Positions 14,376-29,162 are shown, counted from the first letter of the stretch. The stretch: DNA of 64,000 bases from the human T2T-CHM13v2.0 reference genome, Homo sapiens (GCF_009914755.1 NC_060938.1), one strand, 5' to 3'. Translations and numbers: made by a program. Notes: generated from the letters alone by a model not told the origin.

Positions 14376-15004
14376 ATGCCAATGTCAGAAAAGTCAAAGC
14401 TTAGACAATATTGGTTTCATGGCTTTTTTTAGTGTATTTACTCGAGACAGAAGGAAGTTGATGATGAATACAAAGTTTATCTTTAGGCTTTTTTGACACA
14501 CGGTTACTTGTTGGAAGCTCATCAGGTATAAAGGTCACTAGCAAATGTCTGAAGAAGAAGAGGAACGAGAGGGTCATTTATGAGGCAGAATTTGGGACCT
14601 TGCTTTGCTGATGCCTATGAAATATGACATTAATTGATGACATCCCAGTGGTACCTACATGATGTTAGTAAATACAAAACCACGATTTCTGTGCTGTCTT
14701 TTTCTGAATATATTATGTAAGGCAGAACAGTGGCAAAGCTTGAAATCCTTGTACTTTCTACAGGCAGCTTAAACCCAAAGACTAAGATTTAATGTGCAAA
14801 AGGGTCAGCATGAGGTCTGCTCTGTCTGAGAAAATGACAGAAACCAAATTTGATTTTCTGAGCCTGTCATTCTACAGACAGAGTTGCTTTGTCTCAATCA
14901 TGGACACGGAATCAATTTTCTAGAAAAGTAAAACAGAATTCTGGCTTTCTAACTTCTTTTTATTAAGAAGGAAATTTGATATCTTTCCTTTAAGAATATG
15001 GCTA

Positions 15005-15130
15005 TAAAAGTAAAATAAATTATATCAATAAATATAATTCACACCCTTGATATATTGATAGAAAATAAATATTAATATTTATTATAAATATATTATAAAT
15101 ATCATATTATAAAACAGCTACTAATAAAAA
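15005..15130. repeat. AT-rich low-complexity tract
   Basis: Read directly from the sequence. Confidence 0.7.
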
Positions 15131-16535
15131 TATTGGCCACATGGATTCATGAACAATGAGATCATCATCTTAAGCTCATTTTTAAGAAGCAATATACATT
15201 TGCTATTTAATTTGAGCCTAACATAACCAAATAATTTTTCAGTACCAAACATGGTAAATCAGCTTTATTTATGAGATACTGCTGTCTGGTGACACTGATG
15301 GAATAAACAGTAGCAAAGAAATCTTTCTAGCTCAAGGGCCACATAAAGTCTCTTTCATGCAGTTCAGGCAAAGGAGGGATGACTTTTGATTATCTCACCC
15401 CATGTCACTCTTCTTCAGAAGTTGTCTTCATGGGTTGCTTTTGGAAATTAAAATCAACTATATTAGTAATGCTTTCAGCATATTCTTGTCTTCTCTGGGG
15501 ATAATGTCAAAAGGAGAGAATCTGTACACAAGCACTTAAAGATGTAAATATTTTAACAGTTCTTTAGTTTGCAAACATCACCTTAGTTAAAAAGTGGAAG
15601 CTCTTAAAACATTTTATTTCTCCCGGTGGTTTTCAGTGAAAAGCAGCATTATTTTTTAATTACCTCCATCTCCGGATTGCTTCTTTCCTTCACAGTCTCC
15701 CACTTCAGAGTGTCCCTTAGTGTATAACGGTCTCACAGATACATCTCATCCACTCCACTCGACACTACAGTTCTGCATCCATCCTGCCACCTTCAAAGAG
15801 TGGGGTGAGCTAGACTTGGCTAGTAAAAGACAAGGCATGGCCTTGTATATTCTTGTACTGCCTGTCTCAGATTTTTGCATCGAATAAGCTTTTTCACCTT
15901 CCACATGAGAGATAGAAGTTACCTTTGAATCACATCTGAAACAAGTTTTACTTACTCTTGCTTAAAAAAAAAAATTAATGGATTTTGTTGTCCTTGTCAT
16001 GTTTGAAAATGTATTGTTACCATTCAGCACTTTGTGACTACTGGCAACAAGAATTTGCCAGATGAAGTTGTAGCTGTTTTGGAGGTATTCAATCTTTGGG
16101 ATTTTATACTGGCTTTTAGAAATCTAGCTATTGACTACTTAGATAAAATAGTCAACTCACCTACAAAACAAAATTTTCACAACATAAGGATGGCTATTGA
16201 GGCTTGAGAACATTTCTTAAGGTTTCATAAAATCGCTAGTAGTATCAGAACATTCTTCAGTGTTCTAATTATTATCTTTGGTTTGTGTGATACAAATTCT
16301 GTAGATAATAATACCAGTCTTGGTAAGTAAGTATTGATAGTTATAAGTGTTAACATAATTTTTCCATTTTTCCTTAAGAAGTCATTTTAACTTCTTTGCA
16401 GGCAGTTGACTAGGTAAAATGGCATTTTGGTAAATAGAAAGCTTTTGGGGTATTTAAGAGAATATTAAGGTAAAAAGCATAGAAAATGAAACTATATATT
16501 GTACTTATATTCTCCCTTGTATGACTGCGTAGTGG

Positions 16536-17456
16536 TGATACGGCTCTGATGACTGCCAGGATCCTTAGTCTCGTCCCGAATTGGATAAAAGAACACAGAC
16601 GAATGTGGAGTGGTTTTAAGTAGAGGAGAGTTTAATAGGCGACAAGGAAGGAAGAAGCTCCCCCATACAGAGACAGAGGGAGGGGTCTCTAAAGCCAAGA
16701 GAGGAAACCCTGAGTGCCACGGAAATCAGCCAGTTATGAGGAGGTGGTGTCTGATTTGCATAGGGCTCAGGCGATTGGTTTGACCAGGTATGTCATTCAC
16801 GTAGCCCATGAAAAACTGGCCCACCCACCCTAGCTTTTTGATATGCAAATACAGGAAGCCATGATGTTCTACACACGTGAAGATATACGGGGGGAGGCTA
16901 TGTTTCCAGGCACATGGGCAAGGAAGAAGACAGCTGGAATCTCCGTGTTTGGGTAGACCCAGTTTCTAAGGGCCCGTATTTGCATATCAAAGCTTGCTGG
17001 CCCAACTCTAAGAGCTAGGGCTTTCTGCTACACAAGAAACGTTTCTGGAGCTGCTTTAAAAGAAACAAAAACTTCCGGCCAGGCGCAGTGGCTCACGCCT
17101 GTAATCCCAGCACTTTGGGAGGCCGAGGCGGGCGGATCACAAGGTCAGGAGATCGAGACCATCCTGGCTAACATGGTGAAACCCCGTCTCTACTGAAAAT
17201 ACAAAAAATTCGCCTGGCGTGGTGGCGGGCGCCTGTAGTCCCAGCTCGGCGGCTGAGGCAGGAGAATGGTGTGAACCGGATAGGCAGAGCTTGCAGTGAG
17301 CGGAGATTGTGCCACTGCACTCCAGCCTGGGCAACAGGGCGAGACTGTTAAAAAAAAAAAAAAAAAAAAAAGAAAGAAACAAACAAACAAAAACTTCCCA
17401 AGGGCCCCTTTTCCTCTCTATCTGTCTAAAATAATTTCTTAATAACTTTGTTAACA
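16536..17456 (-). mobile_element. ERV1 solo LTR (MER61-like), split by AluY
   Basis: The reverse complement begins tgttaacaaagttattaagaaattattttagacagatagagaggaaaagggg. TG/CA ends and near-TSD gtgg/gtcg. Confidence 0.8.
17077..17384 (+). mobile_element. AluY
   Basis: AluY diagnostics ggctaac and gagcttgcagtg. TSD aaacaaaaacttcc. Confidence 0.95.
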
Positions 17457-18235
17457 GTCGCAAGGAAATAACATTTGGATTCAGGAAGGTGTGGGTAGGA
17501 ATTCTTGGCTTTATAACTTTTAATAATAAAATTATTTGAATTTTAACTGAATTTACTATATGACTTTACTTTTTGAAGTCTTTTCCTTCCTAATATAATT
17601 GGAATAATTGTGTATTTTTTCATGTGTATTTTACCATGAGGTTGTGAAAGACAAAATGGTAGCATAATTGGCTCAATACCTAGGTTGGAATAAGTGCTCA
17701 AAAAGATGATGTGGCCCATCTGAGTCATATTAAGTTATGAAAGTGGGTGGAGGTAGGATGTAGGGAAGGCCTTAAGGCCCCTTGTAGCACCTGTAAAGCT
17801 TTCCATGTTCCTACATATAATACAATTTACATTAGTGTTATCCTGAGAAATAATTTTTCAGAAATGTTACACGATGGCAACAGTATTTATGGTTGTCATA
17901 ATTTTTACATTATGGATTGTATTCTACATCTCACCTATATATTACATTACAACCTCTTCCCACAAAAGATCCAGGGAGTGCATTTATGCTATAAAGCAGT
18001 AAATTTGGTACTTGAAGACCAGTTGATTAAAAATTTGAAGATCCTAAATAATATTCAGGTTTAGCAAATGGTCCTAATAAAAAGGGGTGAGCTGAAAAGA
18101 GTTGTCTGGGCTGAAGCTAGATATTTATCCTAGTTATTGTTATTATTATTATTATTATTTATGAATGGGGTGGTTTTGTTGTAAGAGTGGGTAAGGGCCT
18201 GAAGAGAGAGAGATATTGCCTCACCTTAAAAGTCT

Positions 18236-18765
18236 TGTGGTAGACACAGTTGCTTCCGCAATTCCCACTTCCCCTTCAGCTTGCTAATAGAATCTCCATT
18301 TGAATCTCAGTTAGAATGGAGCAGGCACTGGATGGTGTTTGAATTGGTCACTTTCCCAGCAGACGCATCTAGAGAAGGACACGTGCCTCTGTTGTGATCA
18401 GTGAGAGTCCTAATCCAGTATCTGCAGAGAAGTCATTAGGAAGGCTTCTGCATTTCTGTTAGAAGGGTTAAAGATGGCCTTTTCCCTTGTTCTCCTGCCT
18501 TGAGCAATTATGTGATTTTTGGAGCTGTAACAGTTGTTTGCAGCTTTCCCTCACAAACATAAAACTGCAAGCCAGCCTGTGGACAGTAGCAGGGCACAGA
18601 GAAATATTTTGAGACACAAATGGCATCACACAGCTGCGGAAGCAACACTAGCAACTGCCTACTCATTGGCTAATGGCATGTGAGGATGAGAAAATCCATT
18701 CTTTTAAAGCCCTTGATAGTTGGATTTTCTGTTGTACGTGTACAAAAGGTAATCTTAACTGACAT
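18236..18765 (+). mobile_element. Old MaLR LTR (MLT1I/J-like)
   Basis: tgtggtagac...ttggattttctgtt...cttaactgaca. Confidence 0.6.
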
Positions 18766-18831
18766 AGATTCTGTAAGGTCTTTCTCATTTTTAAATCAAA
18801 ATGAAATAAAAATCATAAAGATACTTTATAA

Positions 18832-19395
<564 letters not shown>

Positions 19396-19724
19396 GATTG
19401 CCATGATGTATTATTAGCATTATTGAGACATCATGGTAATAAAGAAAACAATCTTAAGTCAAGCTCTCTCTGTTTTCTATTCATTCATTTATATGTTTAT
19501 TTATGTATGTGGAGAAAGAAAGACTCCCTCCATCTTTCTGAATACCTTCCTTTTCAATATATTAAAAGAAATATAATTCTAATTTTTTAGCTTAAAAGCA
19601 ACACTTTCAGGAATATGTCTGTCTTCTACATTGGAAAGTCAAGGGAACATAAATAGAAAATGAAGTGCAGCTGAGCAATCAAAACAATTGGAGAGGAACC
19701 TCATGATTTATTTGAGACTATCAT

Positions 19725-20012
19725 GATGGAGAGGCCATGTGAAAGACAACAGCCAACAGTCCCAACTAAGTTTAATCTTCTTGCCATCCCTCCGGACATC
19801 AGACACGGAGGGAATCCTTTTTGAAACCTCTTGCCTGGCCCATCTGCTGGCTGAGTACCACTGAGTGACCTCAGTTGATGTTACAAGGAGCAAAGAAATT
19901 TTGTTGCTCTGCCAAGTTCTTCCCAGACCTTCAGCCCACAGAATTCATGAGGATAATAAAATGGTTGTTGTTTTTTTGCATAACGTTTTATTCAGCGGTA
20001 AGAATTGTAATA
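19725..20012 (+). mobile_element. MaLR LTR 3' part (MLT1G/H-like)
   Basis: cccacagaattcatgaggataataaaatggttgttgtttt. Confidence 0.65.
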
Positions 20013-20049
20013 GGTGGGTTTATCTTAGGAAAGAAAGATTGGGTTAATC

Positions 20050-21060
20050 GTAGCTGACTAAGAAAATCCAGATGATTAACTTAATGGATATAGAAAAACT
20101 ATTATAGGAAATACAATATACAGTACTGATTTTAAAAAAATAGCAGGCAGGCAAAAAATAAAAGGAAATATCTTTAACTTAAGCTATGACAGAATGAATA
20201 CAATAATTGAAACAAATAGACAAATATACTAAGATTCCTCTCAATTAATAAAGCAATACAAATAATTTAGTCGAAAAATCTGTGGTATATAAAGCAGTCA
20301 ATTTTCAGAAAATAAAATGCAAATTGCCAATGAACATTTGAAAAGATACTAAACCTCATTAATAAGTATGTAATACAAATTTAAATTCCAATAATATACC
20401 AATTTTTACTCATGATCTTTGAAAATTTAAATCACTGATGATATTTAATGTGCAAAAGTACTTGAGAGGACAGGTTCTTTCAGTAAACTGCTGCTATGAT
20501 TTCGAAGAGAAATTTGAGAAATTCTTATTTTTTAAAGAAAATGAAATGTGCATACTCTTCGACTTAAATACTCCTAGCAGTTTGCCCTGCAAGGAAAAAA
20601 ATGTGTACATGTATAAAGATAAATATAAAGGACACTACATAGAATTTTTTGTATAATGGAAAATATCGAAAGTATCTAAAAAATGCCTGTCAATAGAGGA
20701 ATGACTAAGTGAGTTATGATGCTGTGGAATTACTATATAAAAGTTTTAAGACAAAGAGAGAGATGGAAAGATACGTAGTACATAATTTTAAAGATAAAGT
20801 AATAGAAAAATATGCATAATTCTATGAAAATCCTCCTAAATATTTGTATATACATTGTATATTTGTAAATATGCCAGCAGTTGTCTGAAAGAAAACACTC
20901 TAGGCTCATCAATGTGTTTACCTTTGGGGAGAGTGTTAGGATTGGAGGACTAGGGAGTGGGTAGAGAGGAATGTTTTAAGGATTTTTCTATTCCTTGGAT
21001 TTCTGTCTCAACAAACATGCTTTGGAATATTTATTGTATAATTAAAAATTAAGCAATTCA
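20050..21060 (+). mobile_element. Old L1M (L1ME/MC) 3' fragment
   Basis: A-rich strand with L1 ORF2 end/3'UTR-like motifs (caatgaacatttgaaaagatactaaacctcatt). Confidence 0.65.
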
Positions 21061-22625
21061 AACACACAAAACAATGTAAGACTGAGAAAGTTTGAGATAG
21101 AGTCTAAACACAGAGATTGTTTGTTATAGTGACAATTCAGAAAGACAACAGTAAACAGCTTCCCAGGACTCATCTTCCAGAATATTTTTTATGGCTCCAT
21201 ACTGCTATGAATTCTGATTGGGATAAATACACTATCTCTTTAACTGGCTTTGGTGAAATTGAAGACTGAGTACTTTTACATTATTATATTAACATAGCTT
21301 CTCAGACAAAATCATGTTCAAGTTGTTTCTCAATTTTACAGAAAACAAAACATTTTTTTCTGTTATTCTACTTTTCCCTGCTGTTCATGGGCCTTTTGAA
21401 TAAGACCAAAAAAAAAATTTGTTGTTGTTTTAAGTCAGATAATGTGTCTATTATCTCACATTTTTTATTCTGCCTTTGGTCTAGCTTTCTTAGCTGACTC
21501 TGATCCTGTATAATCATCTACAATGAGTGTTTAACTGAGCATACTTCAAAAACAGAGCCTTCTGTGTGAGATCTGAGCTGTCACTATCAGCTGGCCTCTT
21601 GAAACACTGAGTCCCCTTCTTTAATTTTCTTTTATAATACATTAACAACAACATGCTTTTCATGTTGTAATTGTGTTTCTTTTATGCTGGTTTTGTCATC
21701 TTAGCCCCCACATTACCCTAATGGATGTTGCCCTCCCTTCTGAATTTCTTTAAACCCTTTATATTCCCATGTTATCTCCTTATGTATACTTCTTTTCATA
21801 ACACATCTGATTCTCACCTGAGGGCTGGATACACTCATCAAGTCAAGAGGCTGGACATTTTCACTGATCCAAAGGTCATCCTCTTCCATTATCTCATTCA
21901 TTAATTTAACAACTGCTGAGGGCCTGAAGCTGTACTTCATGTTCTATTATAAGTGACCCACTCATAAGCTCCTCTCTTCTGTTTTAATGCTACCCACTTT
22001 CTCCCTTCCTCCCAACTAGGCATCTATCTGCCATCCTATTACCCTGTTTCTTATTGGACACATGCCACTATTGTCTACGCACCCTGCCAAGTTTAATTAT
22101 TGCGCTCAGATCTTCTGTACATGTTGGTGATTGTTCTGTGATCTCACTGGTGTTCTCTATCCTTTCAACAATGCAGATAGCTTCATCTTATCTCTCCTAT
22201 TGTAGTCCTGCGTCTCTGAGACTTGCCCCCCAATTCTTTTTTTTTCATGAAGAATGAGGATAGTGAAAAATCATATCAGGTAAAATGTTACTCTTTCCAC
22301 TGTATACCTCTCCTTGTACATTTTTATGTGAAATATATTTCATGGATATAATAAGGCCTCAGTCGTGGTGACTTTTCAATAACCTTGAGATCTATAAAAG
22401 AACTATAATGCCGTCTTTCTTGCCCTCTGAGTAAGTAAAAATATCACCACCTAAATACTAATAGCCAGGTTTATTACTGCTGATGAGACACAAAGCAGAA
22501 AGAACACAGACACACTTTAAAATGATCATTCATACCTGGGAAGTCTCACCATGCTCAACTCCTTATGAATCTGTTTACTATGGAGCATATACATTTCAAT
22601 ACAAATCAAAAAGGTGTTGTCTGTC

Positions 22626-23133
22626 TGTAGGAGGCATGATAATGGCCCCCACAGATGTCTATATCCTAATCCACAGAACCGATGGATATGTTACCTTCCA
22701 AGGCACACACACGCACAAAAAAGGACTTTACAGACATGATTAAGTTCAGGATATTGAGATGGGGGAGATAATCCTGTATTATCTAGGTTAGCCCAATGTA
22801 ATCTCAAGGATCTTTATAAGTGAAAAAGGGAGGCAGGAGCTCAGTGTCTTTGGGATTTGATGTGAGATAACACCGGTCTTTGTTGACTTTGAAGATGGCA
22901 GAAGGAGCATGAGCCAAGAAACGCAGGCAGTCTTTAGAAGCTTAAAAAGACAAGGGTACAGATTTTCCCCTAGACCCTCCAGAGGGAACACAGCATAGCC
23001 ACACCTGAATTTTATCCCCAGGAAAACTCGTCCTGTACTGTGACATCCAGGTCTATAAGATAACACATTTGTGTTGTTTTAAGTCACTATGACTTGCGGC
23101 AATTTGTTTCAGCAGCAATAGGAAACTAATACA
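22626..23133 (+). mobile_element. MLT1D-like MaLR solo LTR
   Basis: aatggcccccacagatgtc...agcagcaataggaaactaataca with near-TSD (c/t)tgtc. Confidence 0.85.
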
Positions 23134-24680
23134 TTGTCCAAAGAGGCAGTTTCCATAAGTGATTTACTGGAGCAGTAGAAATGTCCAACCAAGATCCTGC
23201 TGAGTAAAATAGACAAATTACTTCTCACTTGCACCTTCACAGATGAGGTTCATTTTTATTTCAACAATCCAAATGTCCATCCCCTGTTTTTCCCCTTAGG
23301 CTAAACTATTTCCTTTAGCATCTTCAGCTATTCACTACATCCACCCACCTTTGTTACCATGACCTAGTCATATAGTACAGAAAAACCCCTAAGCATTACT
23401 TTCCCTTTCTTCAGTAGAGTCCAGTCAGTGAACCTTGGGGTTCTTTCTTTTATTGGAGCCATAAATTCCTCCACTGAGATGAGGACTTAGTTTTACAACC
23501 AGTTCCTTTTTTAATGATATTACAACCTACCATGAGGCCAATTGAAGCTGAGTGGTCAGAAGTACAACATCTGCATTTTCAAGTAAAAAAAGCATTCCGT
23601 TAAATACATTGATTACTGTAAGAAATGCCTTTATTGTCCATTAAAACACAAGTATATTTAGGAAATAAAGCAATACTAAGCACTTTTTATATATCATTGT
23701 TTTTCCAGCCTGGCAGTTTTATAATTTCCCCATGTCCTTTCAGACCCAGTCTCCATTCTAATACCTCATGTCATTGTTTTTTAAGCTATTTAAGTTACTT
23801 CATACTATGTTAATAGAAAATATACTATTCACTTCGCCTCTCCTCATGATTTTTGTTTTAATAGTGAAACAAAACTACTTGCTGCTATGTCGTTTCCATC
23901 TTTGAGCCTAACTCTTAAATTATTACACACTGTTGGGATAGGCACATTTTCATTCCAAATCGTATCTTAAGAACACAAACACCTTTTTATCTCATTTAAT
24001 TCCAAAATATTAATCCAGTCAGTCATTCTCTTGAATAGGGTTAGTTGGTAGTTAATTGAATAGACTCTGTGTGTATATTACTATGCTAGGGCTTGTGGTG
24101 ATTAAATTTTTAAAAATATATAATATGTGTAGTCCCTGCCTTCAAAGAGCTTATTGGTACCTTGTATGTATATTGAACCGTTAATTAATGTTCTATAATA
24201 ATCATACACACAAAACACGGTGTAAATACATTAAGAAATACCTCTTTTCTCATCTCATTTGCTTGCTCATTTCTCTTCTCTAATTGAAACAGATATTTTC
24301 CCTACATTTCATTCTTTTGACACCTTTTCCTTTGATACTTTCTTAATTACAGTATTTAAGCAGATATTTCTAGCTGCCTATTTTCAATATAGTCTATGTG
24401 ATACTTTCACCCAAAGACAACTTCATCCCAAGGTGTCTACAACCAGATTCATAATGTTCAACTAAGCTGGTACTTTCTGTTAGCATCTTCCTTTTCTTAG
24501 TTGCTAATGCCATTTTTTCCTAAGCATTTAAGCTTAAAAAACTAGCTTTACTGCAATGTCATCTTATCCTTTAATTTAGGATTGACAGGTAAAGTACAAG
24601 ATTTCCAATTGAATGTAAATTTCAGATAAGCAGCAAAAACTGTTTAAGCATAAGTATGTCCCATGAAAGATACTGTATTT

Positions 24681-24858
24681 TCTTTTTTCTTTCTTTCTTT
24701 CTCTTTCTTTCCTTCCCTCCCTTCCTTCCTTCCTCCCTCCCTCCCTCCCTCCCTCCCTCCCTCCCTCCCTCCCTCCCTCCCTCCCTTCCTTCCTTCCTTC
24801 CTTCCTTCCTTCCTTCCTTCCTTCCTTCTTTCCTTCCTTCCTTCTTTCCTTCCTTTTT
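24681..24858. repeat. Compound (CTTT)/(CCCT)n/(CCTT)n polypyrimidine microsatellite
   Basis: Read directly. About 178 bp of pure C/T. Confidence 0.97.
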
Positions 24859-24881
24859 TACTGAATGGGACAACCTTAGGC

Positions 24882-25066
24882 CAGTGGTTCTCAACTTCAG
24901 TGCATCAAAATCACCTGCAGGGCTTGTGAAAAAACATTTTGCTGCTCCCCCCTCCCCCATTTCAGTAGGTCTGAGTAGGTTTTAATTATAACAAATTAGA
25001 AATTGATTTACACTTCTAACAAATTCCCAGTTAATGCTGAAGAGACCAGCACTTTAAGAATCACTT
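24882..25066. mobile_element. MER5A-like hAT MITE
   Basis: cagtggttctcaa...aagaatcact TIR-like ends. Confidence 0.8.
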
Positions 25067-25095
25067 ATTCAATTTAATTACCCTGATTATTGGTT

Positions 25096-25272
25096 GTAGG
25101 TCTCAACCCTGGCTGCATACTAGAATCTACTGGAGACTTTTAAAAACAACCTAATACATGAGTCTTACACCACATACTTTGCTTTAATTGATCTGGGGTG
25201 TGGCCCAGGCTTGGGGTAGTTAAAAAGCTTCCGAGGTGATTTTAACTTGCAGGCAGGATTAATTATGACTAA
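25096..25272. mobile_element. Second MER5-family MITE
   Basis: tctcaaccctggctgcatactagaatc...ggtgattttaacttgcag. Confidence 0.7.
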
Positions 25273-25809
25273 TCATATATACTTCTGCTGAGCCTCTCTG
25301 TGGACAGCATAAAGGTACAGATAATTCAAGTCTTTATGACTGTTTGCTTTAGTTTTGTAATCCATTCTCTGATTCTCATGGCTTCACTAATTCATCTTTT
25401 CTACAACTGTGTATTACTTTTTCTGAAGCATGTCTCTGATTGTATAATTGTCTTTTTAAAAACTTCAACATAAACCCTCGACAATTGAACAATATATATT
25501 TCTTATCTTGGTATATAAGATGTAGCACAACCTTTTTCTAATCTACTTTTAAGGTCTTTTGAGCAATGTTTCTTTATACAAACTTGAGACCCAGGAAACC
25601 AACCTACACTCGTTTCCTTATCCCCTTGTCTTCCAAGTATATCGATGGCTGCATTTACTCGGTGACCTTGTATTTGTCTTTATCTCTCCCTTATAGGTCA
25701 ATCAAACTATATGCAATTCTTCCCTCCCTTTCCCTCTCCTTGTAAATCTAGAAATACCCTCTTTCCTCAGAGCCCACTTTTTAATAACCTTAAAATACTT
25801 TAACTCAAA

Positions 25810-26420
25810 TTATTCATTTATTTACTCAATCGATTGACATGCAACCAGTAATAATAGTGTCCTTTATGTGCACTGGGCTACATCAGTGAACCGGGAGTCC
25901 TTATTCTCTTGTAGCTTCTATTGTTTTGGGAGAGACAGATAATTAACAACTAAAACAGGTGTTGGGTGGTAATTAGTAAGAATAAGAAAAAATAATGAGA
26001 AGGAAAGAGGCTGAAAGACGAGAATAGTGCAGAGCTATTTTGAATAGGGTAGTTTTGTCTGGAAATGCTTCTCCCCTAAATGACATTTTACATGAGGACC
26101 AAGTGAGTGAATAAATGAGCTCCAGACATGTCTAGGGGGCTGCCTGAAGTGCAACTGCTTGATAAGCACCCAACTGGAGCAGTAATCAGGCCACATGAAA
26201 AGTCTTGTATTCTAAGTGAAAGGTGAAGCCATTGAAGAGTTTTGGAAATAAGTGATGCAACATGATCCACATTCTAGAAGATCATCTGTGTTGCTCTATA
26301 CCAAATAGAAATGGAAAGCAAGGATGAAAGCAGGAAGAGTGGGTAGCAAGCCTGATCATCATCATCATCATCACCATCCTCATCCAGGTGCTCTGGAGAA
26401 GTAGTGGGAACAGTCAAGTG
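25810..26420. mobile_element. L2 fragment containing a (CAT)n tract at about 26355-26380
   Basis: attcatttatttactcaat end and gaagccattgaagagtttt...agatcatctgtg L2 motifs. Confidence 0.65.
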
Positions 26421-26494
26421 GAGGAACTGGGTTTGTTGGAAAGATCATGAATGGTGGTAAAACTGTTGAGTTTAAGAAGTTGAGTCTGCAATGG

Positions 26495-26886
26495 AAAAAA
26501 AAATCATTATACCAAAAAGACACCTGCATGTGTATGTTTATTGCAGTACAATTCACAATTGCAAAGACACAAAACAAACCTAAGTACCCATCAACCAATG
26601 AGCAGATAAATAAAATATGGTATATATACACCATGGAATAGTACTCAGCCATAAAAAAGAATGAAATAATGTCTTTCACAGCAACTTGGATGGAGCTGAA
26701 GGCTATTATTCTAAGTGAAGTAATTCAGAAATAGAAAACCAAATAACGTATGTTCTTACTTATAAGTGGGAGCTAAGCTATGGGTACACAAATGCAAATG
26801 AATTGGTATAATAAATGCACTAAAATCCTAGACTTCACCACTATACAATTTATCCATGTAACCAAAAACCACTTGTACTCAAAAAA
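26495..26886 (+). mobile_element. L1PB-like 3' fragment with internal deletion
   Basis: ORF2 C-terminal remnant KDTCMCMFIAVQFTIAK...WYIYTME and 3'UTR taagtgggagctaagc. Confidence 0.85.
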
Positions 26887-27674
26887 GGATGTTGGATCTG
26901 TAATGAGAGAAATGTGTAATTCTGTTATTTGGATGTTTTTAATTTATTTGTTTATTCATTTATTTTAGAGGAAGAAAATGTTGTAGCTACAATAAACATT
27001 CGTGTGTTTACACTTTTACATGTACAAGATAAGATGGTGCATTTTTCTTGAAGCTAATAAAGCAAAGTGCCAGAGTCCCCCACCCCATACTTGGCTCTCT
27101 GTGTGTCTTGGAGAATGATCAATATCAAAGGAAAGGCAGGATGCAATTAAGTAGCATTCCTGAAATATTGCCCTGTAGGAATCTCAGAAAAAAAAAAGAC
27201 TTGAGTAATTTGTTGTGATTTCTTTTTACAATCTAAATAAATATTTATTTGTGTATCTACGTTTTCAGTTTTCATATGTGATTTTGTATTATTTTCCTTG
27301 AAAGGCCCCATGAATTGTATAGCAAACTATACCCATATGCACTTAAGCAGTGGCATAAATTATGTTAATATTCTGCATGTTTTACTAATTTATATTATGT
27401 TTATGACATGTATCCATGTTGATATTTGCATGGAATCTGTCTTATACATTTTAGTCACTATATAACATTTTTCTATATGATTATAGCACAATTTACCCAT
27501 TCTCTTCCAGTTGGAAATTTAGCTTGTTTTAAATCTTGTTGCTATAAAAAATAATGACCATTATAATAGATACCTTTTACCTACCTGCTTGAGTTTTTTA
27601 GGTTCTCTATCCAGAAATATTATTGTATCTTCAAATTACAATCACCAGAACCTGGGAATATGTTGTATTGCATA

Positions 27675-28680
27675 GCAATTGGAGAAACCTGACACTACCT
27701 CAGCCTCGTGATTAAAGTTAACATCAACAGTGATAAGTCATTTTTATAATATGTGTGATGAAAACAGCACTTTACCTCTGTGCTGTTTTTCCCCAAAATC
27801 CATACTATGATCTAATCATGAGAAAAACATCAGCTAAATTCCAATTAAGGGACACTATAAAATTCCCGACCAGTACTGCTCAAAACTTCCAGTATCATCA
27901 TAAATAAATTGTCACAGGTGCTAACAGAGACATGATGACTAAATGTAATCTGTTGATGGGACCCTGGAACATAAAAAGGATGTCAGGTACAAACTAGTGA
28001 AATTTGGACTGAAATTATGGGCTTTAGTTAATAATAATGTATTAATACTGATTCATTCATTTTGACAAATGTGCCATATTGTGCAAGTTGTCAGAATTAA
28101 AATAGAGTCACTTTAATAAAAATTCTAACAAATAGAGCTGGGAAAGGTCACGAAGGGAGAGTTCATATCCACAAAGCTCAGTAACAAGAATTATCACAAA
28201 GGACTCTGCAAAAGCCACACCCTTGCTCAAGGGCCATTGCAACCTTACATTTAAAAAGTACTTCTGTGAGGACATCTGCCCAGCAGCTGCCTATCTACCT
28301 TGAACTGGCAACACTCTTGTTACTAATTTTTGTAGCCAAGGATAACTATCTCAAAACAAGAATGTAATCTTGGTTTTTGTTTTGTTTTTTTTTTTAAAAT
28401 CCTTTGTGTTCCTTGCTGAATTTGCACATAGTTTACTATGGCACCTGTATTCTCATTGCAATGCCTACTCCCAAATAAACATTTCCTTTAAGAGTCTCTG
28501 TCTCTCTATTTCTCCCCTTCTCTCTCTTTCTCTTCCTCATTTGGGTCGACAATACTAATGTAAGAGGTTAACAATAGGGAAAACTGGATGCAGGTCATGA
28601 TAATTCTTTGTACTACCCTTACAGTTTTCTGTAAATCTATAACTACATAAAATGAAATGTTTATTTTTTTAAAAAAAACA
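27675..28680 (+). mobile_element. L1MC-type 3' UTR fragment, split by an LTR
   Basis: ggagaaacctgaca...aagttaacatcaacagtgataag, resuming at atactaatgtaagaggttaacaataggg. Confidence 0.65.
28090..28551 (+). mobile_element. ERV solo LTR, subfamily uncertain
   Basis: tgtcagaattaaaatagagtcac...aaataaac...gggtcgaca. Confidence 0.65.
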
Positions 28681-29162
28681 TATGCATAGAGTATATTAAA
28701 TTTATAATATGATGAAACTTTGTTCCAAAAAATGAATAAACTTAGTAGACTATCAACTTAATATCCTAAGTCTAAATCAATTCAGCTATGTACTAATCTA
28801 TCAAAGCTTTTGAAATTTTTGTGAAAATGAGATAAGGCATGCATAAAATCTATCACGCTGGTTGTGATACAAAGTCACTTGTTGAATATTAATTTTATTT
28901 TTCTTTGGGAGGGATGCCTAGGAAGTGATGCTTATGTATTTATTAGTCCAAGGTCGGTTTTGGGGAAAGAGATGTACATTTACTATATTCTAGGGAAAAG
29001 AACATGGGTTATGGAGGTATTCACCATACAATCTGGGTTACAATCTGGGATTCACCACCTTGTGTGGCAAGATATGTTACTGTCTGAACCTCAGTTTTAT
29101 CTTTATGCAGTGGTGGTCATAATACCAACCTTTTAATGTTACTATAAAAATTAAAGACAACA

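Noticed and set aside
16850-16930. p53 response element expected in some MER61 subfamilies
   Set aside because: I could not find a convincing paired RRRCWWGYYY motif in this copy.
24622-24985. Low-complexity ORFs (PSFL / EGRK repeats)
   Set aside because: Translation of a stop-free microsatellite.
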